From Candidatus Bathyarchaeota archaeon (GTDB taxonomy: Archaea; Thermoproteota; Bathyarchaeia; Bathyarchaeales; Bathycorpusculaceae), in contig CAVTBV010000012.1 in assembly GCA_963733095.1 (NCBI GenBank), forward strand, positions 384,001 through 448,000: a stretch of 64,000 nt of DNA, read 5' to 3'. The notes beneath the pieces were generated by a model. That model did no database searches. It was given only the letters and a program-made list of their open reading frames with translations, and was not told the DNA's origin. Made by a program: the position numbers and the translations under genes. Position 1 is the stretch's first letter; the number at the start of each line of letters is the position of its first letter. Positions 50,093-60,065 of the stretch are shown in pieces.

Positions 50093-53000
50093 TTAAGTGC
50101 TTTTTTCAGCGAATTCAAGTGTGAATTTGGTTCCTTTATTCTCTTCGCTTTCGAACAATATGTTGCCTTTTAATGATTCCACGAGCCGTTTAACGACTGC
50201 TAAGCCTAAACCTTGACCTTTGGATTTTGTTGTGAAGAGGGGTGTGAACATTTTGGTTTTAACATGTTCTGGAATACCTACCCCCGTGTCTTCCACGGTC
50301 ACGATGGTTGTATCATTTTTCTTGTAAGCTTTGATAGTTAGTTTGCCTTCGTTTGGCATTGCTTGAACTGCGTTAGTCATCAAATTCGCTAGTATTCGTC
50401 GTAGGTATGCAATATCGGTCATGATTGGTTTTGCGTTATCTTTAACATCAGTTATGACTTGGATGCGTCTTGGAACGTTAATTGTTAAAAGTGTGCCCTC
50501 GATAAGCTCTGTTAGGTTTACAATTTGCAGGTTAGGTTTTAGAGGGCGAGTATAATCTTGCAAGTCACTAACTATCTTGTTGATATAGTTGAGGTTTTCA
50601 GTTACTGATTCTACACTTTCAAAGATGGCTTGTTTGCTATCGCCATCTTTCATAGTTTTTACTTCTTCAGTTATAAGGTACATGTCACTGGTTATCGCTT
50701 GGAGAGGATTACGGATATCGTGACCAACCATTCCTGCTGTTTGCCCGATAGCTGCCATACGCTCAGCATCCTTAAGCTGCTGTGCTCGCTGGTTGGCAAG
50801 TTCTTCCATCTGATTCGCATATTCCTCCAACAAGATAGCGTTTTCTTCAAGTTTAATCTGCGCTTTAATGCGCGCTTCTTCAGCAATCTTTAACTCGTCA
50901 ATATCCACGGTATAAATCCGTATTTGCTGGGTTTCAGGCACATGATAAAATTGTACATGGTACCAGTGATCAGCAACCTTCACTTCTTTGCCGAGGTTGT
51001 GTTTTGTTTTATCTTCAAAGTATTCGACGGTTTCTTGCCAGTTAGATAAGAAGGGATGATCGATTCCTAAAACTTCAAGGTCGGGGAAGAAAAGTTTTGT
51101 TGCAGGGTTAGCATATGTTATGTTTCCGTTAAAATCGACTTCAAAAACGGGGTTAGGGTTAAGGGTTGGAAATGAAGCCAGGCGCGAGATTTCCTTTTCT
51201 GCCCTCTTCCGCTCAGTTAGATCTACGTTTGATTCAAGGATGCTCTGTATTTCCTCATGTTCGGTTTCTTCGGCAAGCCACCAACTTTGAACAGTTACAT
51301 CTTGTCCGTCTTTGGTTTTATGCACTAACTCCCCTGACCAATGTTTGGTAGCGTTTAGTTCTGAAAGGATATTTTGGATATGATGCGGAAACTTTGTGTC
51401 AAAGAGTTGATGAGTCGTTTTGCCGATAGCTTCATCTTTTGTCCACCCATAAAGTTTTTCTGCGCCCTTACTCCAAAAAGTGATGGTACCATCGAGTTTT
51501 CTAACGATTATTGCATCGGGAGTGAGGTCGATTAGTGCAGCTTGACGCTGGATTGCAGCCTCGGTTTTTTTGCGTTCGGTAATGTCTCGATCCACAGAAA
51601 CATAACCTATGGGTTTGTTCATTTCGTTTCGCAGAAGGATCACGTGTGCTTCAACGTTGCGGAATCTGCCGTCTTTGGTTTGTCTGACAGATTCTGTTTC
51701 TACATGAGTGTCAGTGGACAGCTTATAAACCAATTTTTCCCGTGTAGTATTAGCGTAAACTCCCTTGAGTAAGTCGGCACCAGATTTTCCTAATGCTTCT
51801 TCTGCTTTGAAGCCATAAAGATGTTCGGCTGCCCTGTTCCAGAAAGTAACTTTCTGATTAAGGTCATAACCGATTATTGCATCGTTGGCGTTTTCAATCA
51901 TGAAAGCTTGTTGAGCTATTTTTTCTTGGACCTTTTTACGTTCGGTAATATCCCGAAACACGAGAACCACACCGGTGATTTTGCCGTCTTTATTCCTAAT
52001 GGGCGCTCCACTGTCATCGATTGGGACCTCGGTACAGTCCTTGCGTATCAAAACGGTATGGTTAGCTAAACCAACGATAATTCCTTTCTCAAGAACCTTT
52101 ACAACTGGGTTTTCGACTTCTTGACGAGTATTTTCGTTAATAATATTGAAGATTCTTTTTAGGGGTTGTTGTTTTGCCTCGCTGAGGTTCCAGCCGGTTA
52201 ATTTTTCTGCAACAATGTTCAAGAAAGTAACCTTGCCTTCCATATCGGTGGCGATTACTGCATCTCCGATGCTAGAGAGGGTAGTTGACCAACGCTGTTC
52301 AGATTGTCTAAGTGCCTCTTCAACAGTCTTACGACGAGTTATATCCACTAAAGTTGTTAGGATATGGTCTTCTCCTTGAAGACTAATTTTTTCAACAGAA
52401 ATAATCGTTGGAACCAACTTTCCAGTTTTAGTTCTAAAGGTCATTTCTAAATTGCGTATGCCATTTTCTTTTCTAAAAATCTCTAAAAATTCTCTCCAAC
52501 CATTCTTGCTGGAATAGATGTTAAGCTCGCTTGAAGTGTGACCAATCACTTCATCGCGTTTGTATTCGAACATTTTCAAGAAGGTCTCGTTCGCATCAAT
52601 GTAACGCCCATCCACTAGGCGCGTAATAATTACTGCAGCTGGGCTTTTATTGAAAGCTTTGAAGAAACGTTCCTCGCTTTGGCGTAGGGCGTCCTCGGCT
52701 TTCTTGCGTTCTGTTACATCCTCAAAAAGCGCCACGAAGTAGCCTTTTTCGGGGCAGTAAGCAGAAATTTTGTACCATTTCTGAAGGGGCTCAGCATAAT
52801 TTTCGAAAATAATAGATTCACATGTAAGGGCAACTTTTCCGTAAGTTCCTATCCAATCTGCCGGGTCGTTTTCTATGCCTTTGAGGACTTCAGTTACTTT
52901 TTTGCCGATGATTTGTTCTTTTTTTAGTCCAGTCATTTTTTCGAAGGCATCGTTAACTTCTAAAAAAACGTAGTCAACTGCCTTTCCATCTTTGTCCAAA

Positions 53001-53113
53001 ACGATTTTGTGGTAAGCAAAAGCATCCATCATTCGATCAAAGAACATGTTGAACTGTTTGCGGTCGGTGCCAATTGCTTTTCCCCAAGCTCTTTCAAAAA
53101 TGTCGTTAGACAA
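50093..53113 (-). CDS. Cytoplasmic multi-PAS sensor histidine kinase
   Basis: Five PAS/PAC repeats ending in DITERK-like motifs, GHDIRNPL H-box, and N, D/G1, F and G2 boxes; no TM segment. Confidence 0.93.
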   Translation of the reverse strand: MSNDIFERAWGKAIGTDRKQFNMFFDRMMDAFAYHKIVLDKDGKAVDYVFLEVNDAFEKMTGLKKEQIIGKKVTEVLKGIENDPADWIGTYGKVALTCESIIFENYAEPLQKWYKISAYCPEKGYFVALFEDVTERKKAEDALRQSEERFFKAFNKSPAAVIITRLVDGRYIDANETFLKMFEYKRDEVIGHTSSELNIYSSKNGWREFLEIFRKENGIRNLEMTFRTKTGKLVPTIISVEKISLQGEDHILTTLVDITRRKTVEEALRQSEQRWSTTLSSIGDAVIATDMEGKVTFLNIVAEKLTGWNLSEAKQQPLKRIFNIINENTRQEVENPVVKVLEKGIIVGLANHTVLIRKDCTEVPIDDSGAPIRNKDGKITGVVLVFRDITERKKVQEKIAQQAFMIENANDAIIGYDLNQKVTFWNRAAEHLYGFKAEEALGKSGADLLKGVYANTTREKLVYKLSTDTHVETESVRQTKDGRFRNVEAHVILLRNEMNKPIGYVSVDRDITERKKTEAAIQRQAALIDLTPDAIIVRKLDGTITFWSKGAEKLYGWTKDEAIGKTTHQLFDTKFPHHIQNILSELNATKHWSGELVHKTKDGQDVTVQSWWLAEETEHEEIQSILESNVDLTERKRAEKEISRLASFPTLNPNPVFEVDFNGNITYANPATKLFFPDLEVLGIDHPFLSNWQETVEYFEDKTKHNLGKEVKVADHWYHVQFYHVPETQQIRIYTVDIDELKIAEEARIKAQIKLEENAILLEEYANQMEELANQRAQQLKDAERMAAIGQTAGMVGHDIRNPLQAITSDMYLITEEVKTMKDGDSKQAIFESVESVTENLNYINKIVSDLQDYTRPLKPNLQIVNLTELIEGTLLTINVPRRIQVITDVKDNAKPIMTDIAYLRRILANLMTNAVQAMPNEGKLTIKAYKKNDTTIVTVEDTGVGIPEHVKTKMFTPLFTTKSKGQGLGLAVVKRLVESLKGNILFESEENKGTKFTLEFAEKST

Positions 53114-53332
53114 GTCTCATCCCTTGATTGTATTAGAAAGTCTCATTGTTGCGATATAAAAATACTTCAGTTCATTTGATTCTTGTTTTTTTGGCTATAA
53201 CTCAGCAACCGTGCCGAAGCTATAATGGCAACCTATACCTATGTTTTTAAGGTCAGTTTTTGTATTTTCTGGCGATTCTGGATAATTCTTAAATCGTTAA
53301 ACTGTATTCACAAACAAGGTAAGGTGTAAAAA

Positions 53333-54268
53333 TTGGCACAACAACCAAGTTATAAAACAGTTTTCGTTTTCCTAGACACAGACAAATATTGCAGTCCATT
53401 CGACATGCTCGTAGCCATAGACGCATTCCCAGACTCCATGATATTCAAATACGAAAACGTCACAGGCGAAGACGCACCAAAAATCGTATTCGACCTACTG
53501 TTCCCACGAGGACCGGAAGGAGCAAAACACACCAAAGTCTTCATCAACGGCAGCAACTTTGAAATGGTAGAAAAAGTCGTCGAAGCAACACAGAAAGCCA
53601 TGAAGTCAGCTCCATGGGGAAACAGCATCATCGTTGACCCACGAGGCGGATACTCAACGGCCGCAGCCGCAGTGGCAAAAACCTTCGGAGCAGCAATGGA
53701 GAAGGGCTTTGGATCCTTAGAGGGCAAAAAAGTTGCAGTTTTAGCAGGCACAGGACCAGTCGGGCAGACCGCGGCAAGAATCTATGCTGCAGAAAAAGCC
53801 AACGTAACGATCACAAGTCGCTCACTTGCAAAAGGTCAAGTCGTCGCAGACAAGATTAACCAAGAATGCGGCGCAAAAAGAGTCACAGTTGTGGAAGTCA
53901 CAAAACCTGAACAAACAGTCAAAGCAATCGAGGGCGCAGAAATTGTTCTCTCAGCAGGCGCAGGCGGAATCCAACTGCTATCAGCAGCAGATCTAAACGC
54001 GAGCCCCACATGCAAAATCGTAGCAGACATAAATGCTATTAAACCACTGGGTGTTGAAGGTTTAGCTCCAAACGACGACGGAAAAGAACTCAAAGCGGGC
54101 GTTTACGGCATAGGTGCATTAGCCATCGGCAAACTAAAAATCAAGACCGAAACAGAAATGATTAAACGCGCAACCGCCGAGCCATCAGGACTCTTTGACT
54201 ACGCAATCGCATACACTATCGCTAAAGACCAAATTCTAAAGAAACTAGCAAAAGCAGCTGCCAAATAA
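53333..54268 (+). CDS. NAD(P)-dependent methylene-H4MPT dehydrogenase (MtdA/B-like)
   Basis: SPFD..VAID, FPRGP, DPRGGYSTAAA, GTGPVG, DINA.P.GVEG and GALAIG. Confidence 0.85.
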   Translation: MAQQPSYKTVFVFLDTDKYCSPFDMLVAIDAFPDSMIFKYENVTGEDAPKIVFDLLFPRGPEGAKHTKVFINGSNFEMVEKVVEATQKAMKSAPWGNSIIVDPRGGYSTAAAAVAKTFGAAMEKGFGSLEGKKVAVLAGTGPVGQTAARIYAAEKANVTITSRSLAKGQVVADKINQECGAKRVTVVEVTKPEQTVKAIEGAEIVLSAGAGGIQLLSAADLNASPTCKIVADINAIKPLGVEGLAPNDDGKELKAGVYGIGALAIGKLKIKTETEMIKRATAEPSGLFDYAIAYTIAKDQILKKLAKAAAK

Positions 54269-54306
54269 GCAGCTAAATTTTATCTTTTCTTTTGAACAAT
54301 AAAGAG

Positions 54307-54410
54307 TGCGGTTGCCGGGATTTGAACCCGAGTGTTCAGCTTGGGAAGCTTACACGGTGAACCAGCTACTGGAAACACCTTGATGTCCTACCGAACTAGA
54401 CTACAACCGC
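54307..54410 (-). tRNA. tRNA-Gly(CCC) with 31-nt intron at position 29/30
   Basis: Acceptor GCGGTTG/CAACCGC, T-arm TCGGG-TTCAAAT-CCCGG. Removing 54350..54380 gives the anticodon arm TCAGC-TTCCCAA-GCTGA. Confidence 0.93.
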
Positions 54411-54503
54411 AAATGTCACCTGCGAAGTCGCGGTAGCTATTGCATAGGGATGGTTCATTTGATATAGAAACTTTGCTATCAACTTACATGATGGATTGCT
54501 ATG

Positions 54504-55451
54504 TTACTTTATGATCCTGTCAACGTCTATACTAAACCCGTTGTTGGTGAGTTCTCGGATGAGGGAAAGTTTCCAGCTGTCTCGGTCATCAAAGGGAGTA
54601 GTTTTTAGGCCTTCAAAATAGGGAACTTCAAAACCATTGCACTCCCTAAAGAAAATAAGAACCTTGTCCTTGCCAAGCTTTCCTGACAGAAAACCAAGTT
54701 GAAAAACTACTTTCTGCTTGGGGCTCAGCTTGCGTTTTGTGGGTGCCTCATCTTTACCATAAACATAATCGTCTGGCGAGAGCAAAACCAAAGCAAAGCC
54801 TACGTCCGCATAGTCTTTAAAGTGTTCAACGATTTTTCTTCCCTGACTGGGCTCTTCACACAATACGACAGGCACAAGCCCTATCCTTGTCAAAGCCCAA
54901 GTGATAGCCTTCTTCATCTCGTCGTCTTCACCTGAAACAACAAAAATTCTGCGGCTCATGCCGCTCATGTCAGATACAACGGATTGGGTGGGTTCTGTAT
55001 TTTTTTGGGATGTGTACAAAAATTTTTCTGTACAGAGGTATGTGCCTTTTATTTTAGATTTAAGAAGGTTTTCGAGGAGGTATTTTTTGTCTTTTGCCGC
55101 GACGAGTTTTTCTTGGTTTGGTAGGGTTAGTTTGTCGGCTGTTTGGTAGGACCAGAAGAGGACGGCTTGGGTGACTTTGATGGGGTTTAGAAGTCTTCCC
55201 ATGAACCAGAATGGTTGGCCTGCAGTAAAGGGTGTGGCAAAGGTGCGTACAAGTTCTTCTTGGGTCACGTTGAAACGGATACCGGATTTTTCGGATTCAG
55301 CGTATTCTATGTATATGTGGTATTTGGGCGCTTGCACATTAATCAGAGTTAAAAACTCAGAATAGCACAAAAACTTTGCCTTGCCAAACAATATTAGATT
55401 AGGATTTTCAGGTTTGCAAACAAAATCGTTATGAGACAGCAGCCTACACAT
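54504..55451 (-). CDS. TIR-like nucleotide-binding domain protein (CAP12/Pycsar-type TIR)
   Basis: RRIFVVSG.D, GL.PVVL.E, FALVLLSPDD and QKVVFQLGF..GKLG. True start is probably the GTG near 55337. Confidence 0.8.
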   Translation of the reverse strand: MCRLLSHNDFVCKPENPNLILFGKAKFLCYSEFLTLINVQAPKYHIYIEYAESEKSGIRFNVTQEELVRTFATPFTAGQPFWFMGRLLNPIKVTQAVLFWSYQTADKLTLPNQEKLVAAKDKKYLLENLLKSKIKGTYLCTEKFLYTSQKNTEPTQSVVSDMSGMSRRIFVVSGEDDEMKKAITWALTRIGLVPVVLCEEPSQGRKIVEHFKDYADVGFALVLLSPDDYVYGKDEAPTKRKLSPKQKVVFQLGFLSGKLGKDKVLIFFRECNGFEVPYFEGLKTTPFDDRDSWKLSLIRELTNNGFSIDVDRIIK

Positions 55452-55473
55452 TTAGCGTGCAGGAGAAAATGCC

Positions 55474-56556
55474 ATGCTCAAAAACTACACTTATGATGAT
55501 GCAGGGGTAAACCGCAAACAACGTGTTGAATCCAAAAAGCAGCTAAAAAAACTCCAAGAAACTTACAAGCACAGCCAATTTAGCGGCGTAATGCATCTGC
55601 CTTATGGAAACATATTTCCCATATCCGAAAACACGTTTTTGGACATGGTCATCGAGGGCGTGGGCACTAAAGTCCTCGTTGCAGAATTAGCACAAAAATA
55701 TGACACTATAGGCATCGACGCTGTTGCCATGGCAGTCAACGATGTTATCCGTTCAGGCGCCAAACCCCTTGCGATAGCGGATAATATTCATGCGCAAGAA
55801 AGTAGACCTGAACTTGTGAACGCTTGGCTTAAAGGAATCATTCAAGGCGCAAACGAATCTGAGTGCCCGGTCACTGGTGGCGAAACAGGTGATGTGGCAG
55901 AAATAATAAGTGGCATAGCTGAAAACGCTGGGTTCGACATGGTTGTGTCCTCGGTGGGCATGGTTAAGAGGCAAGAAATCATAACGGGTGAGGACATCAA
56001 AGCGGACGACCCTATCATCGGTTTGGCCAGCAGTGGCGTTCACAGCAATGGCCTAACGTTGGTTAGGAAGGTTCTATTCAAGCAATGGGGGGGAAAATAC
56101 GAATCGACGGACATTCCGGAGGGTTTGGATAGGGAAGTGGCTCTTGAAGTGCTTGAGCCCACAAAAATCTATGTTAAACCGCTCTTGAAACTCGCTCGAG
56201 AAGTAGAAGTTAAGGCGGCAGTTCACGTAACAGGCGACGCTTATATGAAATTTAACAACCTAGCCAACTATTCGCCGGGCATAGGCTTTGAATTTAACAA
56301 TTTTAAGCCTAAACCAATCTTTGGCTTAATACAGAAGACTGCAGCTGAACTGGGATTTACCATAACTGATGAGGAGATGTTTAAAACCTTCAACATGGGC
56401 TGGGGCTTTGGCATCATAGTGGACAAAACAGACATCGACAAAGCTATGAAAACCCTTGATAAGGACAGCCTGAACCCAGAGATAATAGGGAAAGTTACGG
56501 GTAAAGAAAGAGTTGTGGAAATAGAACACAAGAATAAACGTATGATTTTAACGTAA
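55474..56556 (+). CDS. purM: AIR synthetase
   Basis: EGVGTK, AMAVND, GGET, SSGVHSNG, HVTG and TFNMG. Confidence 0.96.
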   Translation: MLKNYTYDDAGVNRKQRVESKKQLKKLQETYKHSQFSGVMHLPYGNIFPISENTFLDMVIEGVGTKVLVAELAQKYDTIGIDAVAMAVNDVIRSGAKPLAIADNIHAQESRPELVNAWLKGIIQGANESECPVTGGETGDVAEIISGIAENAGFDMVVSSVGMVKRQEIITGEDIKADDPIIGLASSGVHSNGLTLVRKVLFKQWGGKYESTDIPEGLDREVALEVLEPTKIYVKPLLKLAREVEVKAAVHVTGDAYMKFNNLANYSPGIGFEFNNFKPKPIFGLIQKTAAELGFTITDEEMFKTFNMGWGFGIIVDKTDIDKAMKTLDKDSLNPEIIGKVTGKERVVEIEHKNKRMILT

Positions 56557-56575
56557 AGTATTGCGTTTTTCTTGA

Positions 56576-56592
56576 CGAAAGCGTTTAAATCC
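56576..56592 (+). promoter_or_regulatory. BRE-TATA promoter of purSLQ (likely leaderless)
   Basis: cgaaagcgTTTAAAT lies about 25 nt upstream of the purS ATG, with no SD motif. Confidence 0.55.
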
Positions 56593-56614
56593 AAAGTGAT
56601 TAATTTAAAGACTT

Positions 56615-56866
56615 ATGAAATACGCTGCAAAAATTGAGGTCAGCCTCAAACCCGGACACAGCAACCCGGAAGGCGAAACTACTGCACGTTTACTTATGGA
56701 ACTCGGCTATAAGGTCCAAGCGGTGGACGTCAGCAAAGTCTACACCGTACACCTCGACGCCTCAACGCTAAGTGAAGCTAAAACTAAGGCGGAAGAAATG
56801 AGCAAACGCCTATTGGCAAATCCAACCAAAGACAACTACACTATAAACGTCGTTGAAGAAAAATGA
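56615..56866 (+). CDS. purS: FGAM synthase subunit PurS
   Basis: LKPG..NPEG and LLANP. Confidence 0.95.
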   Translation: MKYAAKIEVSLKPGHSNPEGETTARLLMELGYKVQAVDVSKVYTVHLDASTLSEAKTKAEEMSKRLLANPTKDNYTINVVEEK

Positions 56867-59250
56867 ACCCAGACCTCTACACTCAACGCAAAAACAGCTT
56901 AGTTTATGAAGTCCCTACGGCAAAAGCCACAGAAAAACAACTCGCCGAAGTCAACAATGAACTAGCTTTAGGCTTTAGCAGTCAAGAACTCAAAGAAATT
57001 CAGGCTTATTTTAAAACAGAAAAGCGCAACCCAACCGACGTCGAACTCCAAACCATCGCTCAAACATGGAGTGAACACTGCTGCCACAAGACCTTCAAGG
57101 GCAAAATCCAACTCGACGACAAAGAAATCGACAGCCTCTTCAAAACCTACATCGCCAAAGCCACCAAACAAATCAAGTCGCCATGGTGTGTCAGCGTGTT
57201 TGAGGACAACGCGGGCATCATCAAGTTTGATAAGGGGTACGGCATAGCAGCAAAGGTGGAAACTCATAATCACCCCTCAGCGGTGGAGCCTTTTGGTGGA
57301 GCGGCAACGGGTGTCGGCGGTGTAATCCGCGACATTTTGGGCGTTTGGGCTGACCCAATCGCGTGCACTGACGTTTTGGGGTTTGGTCCATTAGATTATG
57401 ATTACAAGAAGCTTCCTCCAGGCGTTAAGCATCCAAAATACGTTTACATGGGTGTAACCGCGGGCATCAGCGCCTACGGCAACAACATGGGCATCCCAAC
57501 AGTAAACGGCGCCATATACTTCGATGACTCCTACACAGGCAACGTCATCGTCTACTGTGGCTGCATAGGACTCCTACCTCTAAACAGGTACGCAAAACAC
57601 GCCAAAATCGGAGACATCGTCGTTTTGGCAGGAGGCAAAACAGGACGTGATGGTATCCACGGGGTAACCTTCGCATCCGCAGAGCTCACCGAGAAATCGG
57701 AGGAAATCTCGCGACCAGCCGTCCAAATCGCCGACCCAATCGAAGAAGAAAAAGTCAAACGCGCCATAGTAGAAATTCGGGACCTTCAACTTGCCTCTGC
57801 TGTCACCGACATCGGCGGAGGAGGCTTATCATCAGCTGTCGGCGAAACAGCCGAACGGTTCAACTGTGGAGTCACCGCGGACTTGGCAAAGGTGCCCTTG
57901 AAGTATCAGGGCTTGACGCCATGGGAAATCTACCTCTCCGAATCCCAAGAACGCATGTTAATCACCGTGCCCCCAGAGAATTTGGAGCGAGTTTTGGCTG
58001 TTTTTGAAAAAGAAGACGTTATTGCAACAGCCATCGGAACCTTAACCACCGAGAGAAAGCTCAAACTTACTTACCATGAAGAGGTTGTCAGCGACATAGA
58101 CATGACTTTCCTCTTCAACCCCTGCACCAGCAGCAAAGCTGCAACCATCGAAAAACCAAACCTCACCGAACCAGAATTTCCCGAACCGACAAACCTCACC
58201 GAAAACCTGCTGCAACTTCTCGCAACCCCAAACATCGCCAGCAAAGAAGCCATCATACGCACATATGACCACGAAGTGAAAGGCAACACCACCCTCAAAC
58301 CCCTGCAGGGCGAGTATGCTGGACCAAACGACGCAGCCGTGCTAAAACCGCTGGATGACTCGCTGAAGTGCTTGACGATTTCTTGTGGCATGAACCCCAA
58401 CTATGGGAAGATTGACGCGTATTGGATGGCGGCTTCAGCAATCGATGAAGCAATCCGCAATAACATCGCTGTTGGGGGAAGGAGAATTTCACTTTTAGAT
58501 AATTTCACTTGGGGCAACCCAGAGAAGACCGAGCGGCTAGGCTTATTAGTTCGCGCCTGTCAAGCATGCTACGACTTCGCGGTGGCATTTAAGGCGCCGT
58601 TCATTTCAGGAAAGGACAGCCTCTACAACGAGTCGCCGTTGGGACCCGTAACTCCGACATTGCTGATTACCGCGGTTGGGGTAATTCCTAACATCCAATC
58701 CACCACTTCCATGGACCTCAAATCTGCAGGCAACTATCTCTACCTCATCGGAGAAACATTCAACGAACTTGGGGGCTCCGAATATTACAAACTCAAAGGC
58801 TACCTTGGTGCGAGCGTGCCCAAAGTGAGGGGTGCAAAAGCCAAACGCACCTTCAAAGTCGTAACCAAAGCCATCGACGAAGGCTTAGTCAAGTCATGTC
58901 ATGACCTCTCGGAAGGCGGCTTGGCAGTAGCTGCGGCTGAGATGGCGTTTGCAGGAGGCTACGGCTTAGAACTTGATCTTCGCAAAGTGCCAGGCAAAGA
59001 ACTAACCCGAAACGATTTTGCGTTGTTCTCCGAATCCAACAGCCGTTTCCTAATCGAAGTGTCGGAACAGGACAGGGGACTCTTTGAGGAATTGATGTGG
59101 GGGAAGAGTTGTGTCCAGATTGGCAATGTGACCAAAGAACAGAAGCTTGCTGTTAAGGGCTTAAATGGAAAAACCGTGATTGACGCATCACTTGAGACGC
59201 TTAGGCGCAGTTGGAAGAAAACTCTCAGCCCTGAGGAGGAATCACAATGA
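56863..59250 (+). CDS. purL: FGAM synthase subunit PurL
   Basis: WSEHCCHK, ETHNHPS, SESQERM, ISGKDS and HDLSEGG. Confidence 0.97.
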   Translation: MNPDLYTQRKNSLVYEVPTAKATEKQLAEVNNELALGFSSQELKEIQAYFKTEKRNPTDVELQTIAQTWSEHCCHKTFKGKIQLDDKEIDSLFKTYIAKATKQIKSPWCVSVFEDNAGIIKFDKGYGIAAKVETHNHPSAVEPFGGAATGVGGVIRDILGVWADPIACTDVLGFGPLDYDYKKLPPGVKHPKYVYMGVTAGISAYGNNMGIPTVNGAIYFDDSYTGNVIVYCGCIGLLPLNRYAKHAKIGDIVVLAGGKTGRDGIHGVTFASAELTEKSEEISRPAVQIADPIEEEKVKRAIVEIRDLQLASAVTDIGGGGLSSAVGETAERFNCGVTADLAKVPLKYQGLTPWEIYLSESQERMLITVPPENLERVLAVFEKEDVIATAIGTLTTERKLKLTYHEEVVSDIDMTFLFNPCTSSKAATIEKPNLTEPEFPEPTNLTENLLQLLATPNIASKEAIIRTYDHEVKGNTTLKPLQGEYAGPNDAAVLKPLDDSLKCLTISCGMNPNYGKIDAYWMAASAIDEAIRNNIAVGGRRISLLDNFTWGNPEKTERLGLLVRACQACYDFAVAFKAPFISGKDSLYNESPLGPVTPTLLITAVGVIPNIQSTTSMDLKSAGNYLYLIGETFNELGGSEYYKLKGYLGASVPKVRGAKAKRTFKVVTKAIDEGLVKSCHDLSEGGLAVAAAEMAFAGGYGLELDLRKVPGKELTRNDFALFSESNSRFLIEVSEQDRGLFEELMWGKSCVQIGNVTKEQKLAVKGLNGKTVIDASLETLRRSWKKTLSPEEESQ

Positions 59251-60065
59251 ACACTGAAGAAATCAAAGTTTGCGTAATGCGTGTCGGCGGAACCAACTGC
59301 GATGCTGAAACCCAACGTGCGTTCCAAGAGTTGGGCGTTCAGGCGGAAGTAGTTCATGTTAACGAGTTAATCAAACGCCGCAACCTGCTGGATTATTCGG
59401 CGCTGGTTTTTCCAGGCGGCTTCTCCTTTGGAGACTACGTGCGTTCAGGCGTTATATTTGCACGGCACCTATCCACTAACTTAGCTAAAGAAATGGAAAC
59501 CTTCATCGATGAAGGCAGACCAATTCTGGGAATTTGCAACGGCTTCCAGATCCTTGTCGAGTACGGTTTGCTTCCAGGCTTCAAAGGCATGAGCACCTAC
59601 CCCGAAGCAACATTAACCACCAATGAACCTACAGGCTTCAAATGCCAATGGACCTACCTTAAACAAGAAAACAAAGGCAAATGCCTATTCACAACCAAAA
59701 TCCCAGCTGGAAAAGTCATCAATTTACCCATCGCCCATGGCGAAGGCAGACTTCTGTTCCCCAAAGAACAAGAACAGGCGTATCTAATGAAGCTGATTGA
59801 TGAGGACATGTTGGTTTTCCGTTATTGCACAAAAGAAGGCCAAGTAGCCGACGGCAAGTACCCAACCAACCCCAATGGCTCATTTTATGATATTGCTGGC
59901 ATCTGCAACAAAGAAGGAAACATATTCGGTTTGATGCCCCACCCCGAGAGGGCAATGTTCTGGTGGCAACAACCCGACTGGACACACCAACAGCAAATGC
60001 TCCAATACGGCGATGGAAAACTAATCTTCCAAAGCATTATTGATAAACTAACCAAGAAATGCTAA
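59247..60065 (+). CDS. purQ: FGAM synthase glutaminase PurQ
   Basis: GTNCD, GGFSFGD, GICNGFQ and MPHPER. Confidence 0.97.
   Translation: MNTEEIKVCVMRVGGTNCDAETQRAFQELGVQAEVVHVNELIKRRNLLDYSALVFPGGFSFGDYVRSGVIFARHLSTNLAKEMETFIDEGRPILGICNGFQILVEYGLLPGFKGMSTYPEATLTTNEPTGFKCQWTYLKQENKGKCLFTTKIPAGKVINLPIAHGEGRLLFPKEQEQAYLMKLIDEDMLVFRYCTKEGQVADGKYPTNPNGSFYDIAGICNKEGNIFGLMPHPERAMFWWQQPDWTHQQQMLQYGDGKLIFQSIIDKLTKKC

Noticed and set aside
54300-55470. Integrated element at tRNA-Gly
   Set aside because: No integrase and no duplicated tRNA end seen; the TIR gene lies on the tRNA 5' side.
58168-58210. Short imperfect repeat aacctcaccgaa in purL
   Set aside because: It encodes the NLTE-PEFPEPT-NLTE linker; an ordinary coding micro-duplication.
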